Shown here: positions 61,431 through 64,000 of the stretch, in pieces
Numbering within the stretch: position 1 is the first letter of the stretch
How the letters are laid out: each line of letters starts with the position of its first letter
Origin: Escherichia phage JN01
Sequence record: MN882542
DNA: 64,000 bases
Reading direction: 5' to 3' (one strand)
The notes under the pieces: generated by a model
Seen by the model: only the letters and a program-made list of their open reading frames with translations
Database searches by the model: none
What the model was told of the DNA's origin: nothing
Made by a program: the position numbers and the translations under genes

Positions 61431-62500
61431 TTAACCAACACCCAATCTTTTTAGGTGGTGAGAGAAAGACATTTGACTCACTTAACAAACACTACCCAAA
61501 AATCTTTGAGCTATATAAACAACAAAAAGCACAAGACTGGTCAGAAGATGAGTTCCCTTTTGAACAATCACGTCTTGATTTTGAGAGTGTACCAGCATCA
61601 ATGTCAGGTGTAATGCTTGAGATTCTTAAGTGGCAGTGGGAAGCAGATACCCAAGTTGCTAAGAGTTTAGCATTTGCCTTTGCACCATTCATCTCTGATG
61701 ACATTTATGCAACTGCAATTATGAAGCAGTCTGAGATTGAAAACCTACATGCTCTTACTTACTCGGAGATTGTAAGACAATGTATTAAAAATCCTGAAAC
61801 AATCTTAGATGAGATTAACCAGAACATTGCTGTACAAGACCGATTAAAAACTGTGAATCGTGTTCTTGAAGAATTACTGGATGAAGGTATAAATTATCGA
61901 CTGAGTTATGTCCGTGACTCGCTTCTGGACAAAGACCCTTTGCACTTCCATAAAGTGATTCTAAAAGGTCTATTTGCAGTGACTGCACTTGAAGGTATTT
62001 CTTTTATGGCATCCTTTGCATGTACTTTTGCACTTGATGCTCAAGATAAATTTCAAGGTATTGCTCAAGCTGTCCAGAAAATTATGCTTGACGAAATCCT
62101 TCACACTAAAATTGATATTGAGGTTTTAAAAGAAACTTTAAGAGATGATGAGTGGCAAAAAGCTTTCCAACAAATTCTTCCAGAGATTAAAGTAATCTTA
62201 GATGAAGTAGTTGAAAGTGAAGAGAAATGGTCGTATTATATCTTCTCCGAAGGACGTGCTGTAGTTGGGCTAAATACAAAGCTTCTTCATGAGTGGGTTT
62301 ACTATAATGCTGCCCCACTGTATGATATGTTTGGCATTCCCAGAGATTTTGTAGCTCCTAAAGAACCACCTTTGAAGTATATGATTAAGAAGATGGAAAT
62401 TGATAAAGAGCAGAATGCTAATCAGGAGCAACAGAACGGTGCGTATTTATTGAATACTGTTGTAGATGATTTGAATAGTGGATTTTTAGAGGTTCCTTAA
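61427..62500 (+). CDS. nrdB: ribonucleotide reductase class I small subunit
   Basis: Diiron ligand motifs ENLHALTYSE and DEILHTK; about 357 aa; adjacent to nrdA. Confidence 0.8.
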   Translation: MINQHPIFLGGERKTFDSLNKHYPKIFELYKQQKAQDWSEDEFPFEQSRLDFESVPASMSGVMLEILKWQWEADTQVAKSLAFAFAPFISDDIYATAIMKQSEIENLHALTYSEIVRQCIKNPETILDEINQNIAVQDRLKTVNRVLEELLDEGINYRLSYVRDSLLDKDPLHFHKVILKGLFAVTALEGISFMASFACTFALDAQDKFQGIAQAVQKIMLDEILHTKIDIEVLKETLRDDEWQKAFQQILPEIKVILDEVVESEEKWSYYIFSEGRAVVGLNTKLLHEWVYYNAAPLYDMFGIPRDFVAPKEPPLKYMIKKMEIDKEQNANQEQQNGAYLLNTVVDDLNSGFLEVP

Positions 62501-62742
62501 TGACTTATGTAATTTACTCCAAAACTGGATGCCCTCAGTGTGAGACTGCAAAGAATTTTGCGAAAGCTCGTGGTATTGACCATGTTGTGAGAATGTTAGG
62601 GCAGGATTATGAACTGTCAGACCTGATGGATATTGCACAGATGCCAGTTCGTCAGATGCCATTCATCATGAAAACTGACGGTCAAAACCTAAAACCTGTT
62701 GGAACGCTACAGAATTTTATGGCAGAGGTGAATAATGCTTAA
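62500..62742 (+). CDS. nrdH: glutaredoxin-like protein (NrdH-type redoxin)
   Basis: CPQC active-site motif near the N-terminus; 80 aa; TAATG coupling to nrdB. Confidence 0.7.
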   Translation: MTYVIYSKTGCPQCETAKNFAKARGIDHVVRMLGQDYELSDLMDIAQMPVRQMPFIMKTDGQNLKPVGTLQNFMAEVNNA

Positions 62743-62941
62743 ACGCCTTTGGGAAGGTTTGGTTGTTGATGCACCAGCTATTGTGATTGGTATGCTTGTT
62801 GTTAACCTATTTACTGATTTTGAACAAGGTTCATTGTTTGGAGCCATGTTACTATGGGTTATCTTTGAAATATTAGAAATACAGTTAGGCATCACTGAAA
62901 AACTAAGAGAACTCTTTTCGAAGTTTTCTAAAAAGATTTAA
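62735..62941 (+). CDS. small membrane protein
   Basis: Hydrophobic IVIGMLVVNLF and LFGAMLLWVIF segments. Confidence 0.4.
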   Translation: MLKRLWEGLVVDAPAIVIGMLVVNLFTDFEQGSLFGAMLLWVIFEILEIQLGITEKLRELFSKFSKKI

Positions 62942-62949
62942 AATGAAAG

Positions 62950-62970
62950 GGTCTCTTCGGAGACCTTTTT
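62950..62970 (+). terminator. rho-independent terminator with UUCG tetraloop
   Basis: GGTCTC-TTCG-GAGACC followed by TTTTT. Confidence 0.7.
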
Positions 62971-62989
62971 AGCATGTAAAGGGGCAATA

Positions 62990-64000
62990 ATGAACAAAGT
63001 ACAAATTATTAAAAAGAATGGCTCACTTGAAGAACCGGATATCAAAAAAGTTTTAGCAGCAGTAACTAAGTCAGCTAACAGGGTTGGATATAAAGAACTT
63101 CCACCAGATGTTACCCAAGCTCTTGAGTCAGCATTTATGAGGATTCTGGTAAAGTCCACTAAGCAGAATAACTTACTTATCTCGGTAAACGATATTCACA
63201 GTATTGTTGAGGGTGCTTTGGCAGAAGTCAATCACGAGATTTATGAATCTTATTCAACATACAGAAATTACCGTAAAGAAGTTGCTCAAAATTGGGATGA
63301 GCTTTACCAAAAGACCAGAGACACACTCTTCTTAGGTGACCGTGAAAATGCTAACTTTGACAGCAGTTTAATTTCTACAAAAGGTTCAATTATTCGTGGT
63401 TATCTGACTAAAGAAATCTTTAAACAGTACCATTTAACACCCGAGGAACTTGAATCCATTGAAAAAGGGTTTATCTATATCCACGATTTAAGAGACCTGA
63501 TTTTTGGTGGTATTAACTGTTGCTTGTTTGACATTGGTAAAGTACTGGAAGGTGGCTTTGAAATGTCTGGCATCGAATACTGTGAACCAAAGTCTGTACT
63601 GTCAGCCTTACAAGTTATCGGTGATGTAGTTCTTTCAGCAACTGCACAGCAATTTGGTGGATTTACTTTAGCAGAGATTGATAAGGTGCTTGTACCGTAT
63701 GCTAAGAAGTCTCTACGCTATCATGCTGAGAAAGCAGCATCTTACGGTATTCCTAAAGAACATTACCATAACTATGTCATGGAGCAGCTACAGATTGAAT
63801 TAACTCAAGGCTTCCAGTCACTAGAGATGAAACTAAATACTGTACCTTGCAGCCGTGGTGATTTTGCATTCACAACTTTAACATTTGGTCTACTTGACTC
63901 AGACATGTCTAATGAAGACAACCGGCTACAATACATGATTGCAAACACCATTCTTGATGTTCGCATGAATGGACAAGGTAAGAGCAAGAAGCCTGTTGTA
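62990..64000 (+). CDS. nrdD: anaerobic ribonucleotide reductase (class III), 3-prime partial at window end
   Basis: ATG 62990; open frame to the window edge; N-terminal ATP-cone-like region (MNKVQIIKKNGSLEEPDIKKV); not in the ORF track because no stop is reached. Confidence 0.75.
   Translation, partial: MNKVQIIKKNGSLEEPDIKKVLAAVTKSANRVGYKELPPDVTQALESAFMRILVKSTKQNNLLISVNDIHSIVEGALAEVNHEIYESYSTYRNYRKEVAQNWDELYQKTRDTLFLGDRENANFDSSLISTKGSIIRGYLTKEIFKQYHLTPEELESIEKGFIYIHDLRDLIFGGINCCLFDIGKVLEGGFEMSGIEYCEPKSVLSALQVIGDVVLSATAQQFGGFTLAEIDKVLVPYAKKSLRYHAEKAASYGIPKEHYHNYVMEQLQIELTQGFQSLEMKLNTVPCSRGDFAFTTLTFGLLDSDMSNEDNRLQYMIANTILDVRMNGQGKSKKPVV

Overview
This window reads as a segment of a large virulent tailed phage (myovirus-type, about 39-40% GC by eye), annotated here by manual reading of the sequence and ORF track with no database searches. 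Layout: (1) 1-1180, a repeat-dense non-coding region; (2) 1217-8613, a leftward block of small early-type genes plus a GH24 endolysin and an Ig-domain protein; (3) 8842-10709, a small basic protein and a vWA/TROVE-like protein; (4) 10875-16530, an array of about 27 tRNA genes interrupted by an HNH endonuclease, protein genes and repeated hairpin-bounded elements; (5) 16755-40665, the morphogenesis module (large terminase, portal, protease-scaffold, decoration and major capsid, sheath, tube, frameshifted chaperone, tape measure, baseplate, two tail fibres); (6) 40702-49787, a leftward replication/nucleotide block (thyA, DHFR, HTH regulator, lipoprotein, DNA ligase, family A DNA polymerase); (7) 50045-64000, a rightward block (dNMP kinase, primase-helicase, SSB, 5-3 exonuclease, GIY-YIG endonuclease, nrdA, nrdB, nrdH, partial nrdD). 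The gene content resembles Felix O1-like phages but that is not verified. Many ORF-track starts are TTG/GTG longest-ORF artefacts and were moved to an internal ATG with a Shine-Dalgarno. tRNA coordinates and anticodons are hand-folded and approximate. The most novel-looking signals are the repeated elements with covarying stems inside the tRNA array, the vWA/TROVE-like protein beside that array, and the 1.2 kb heptamer-repeat region; none of these is established as a new system from sequence alone.
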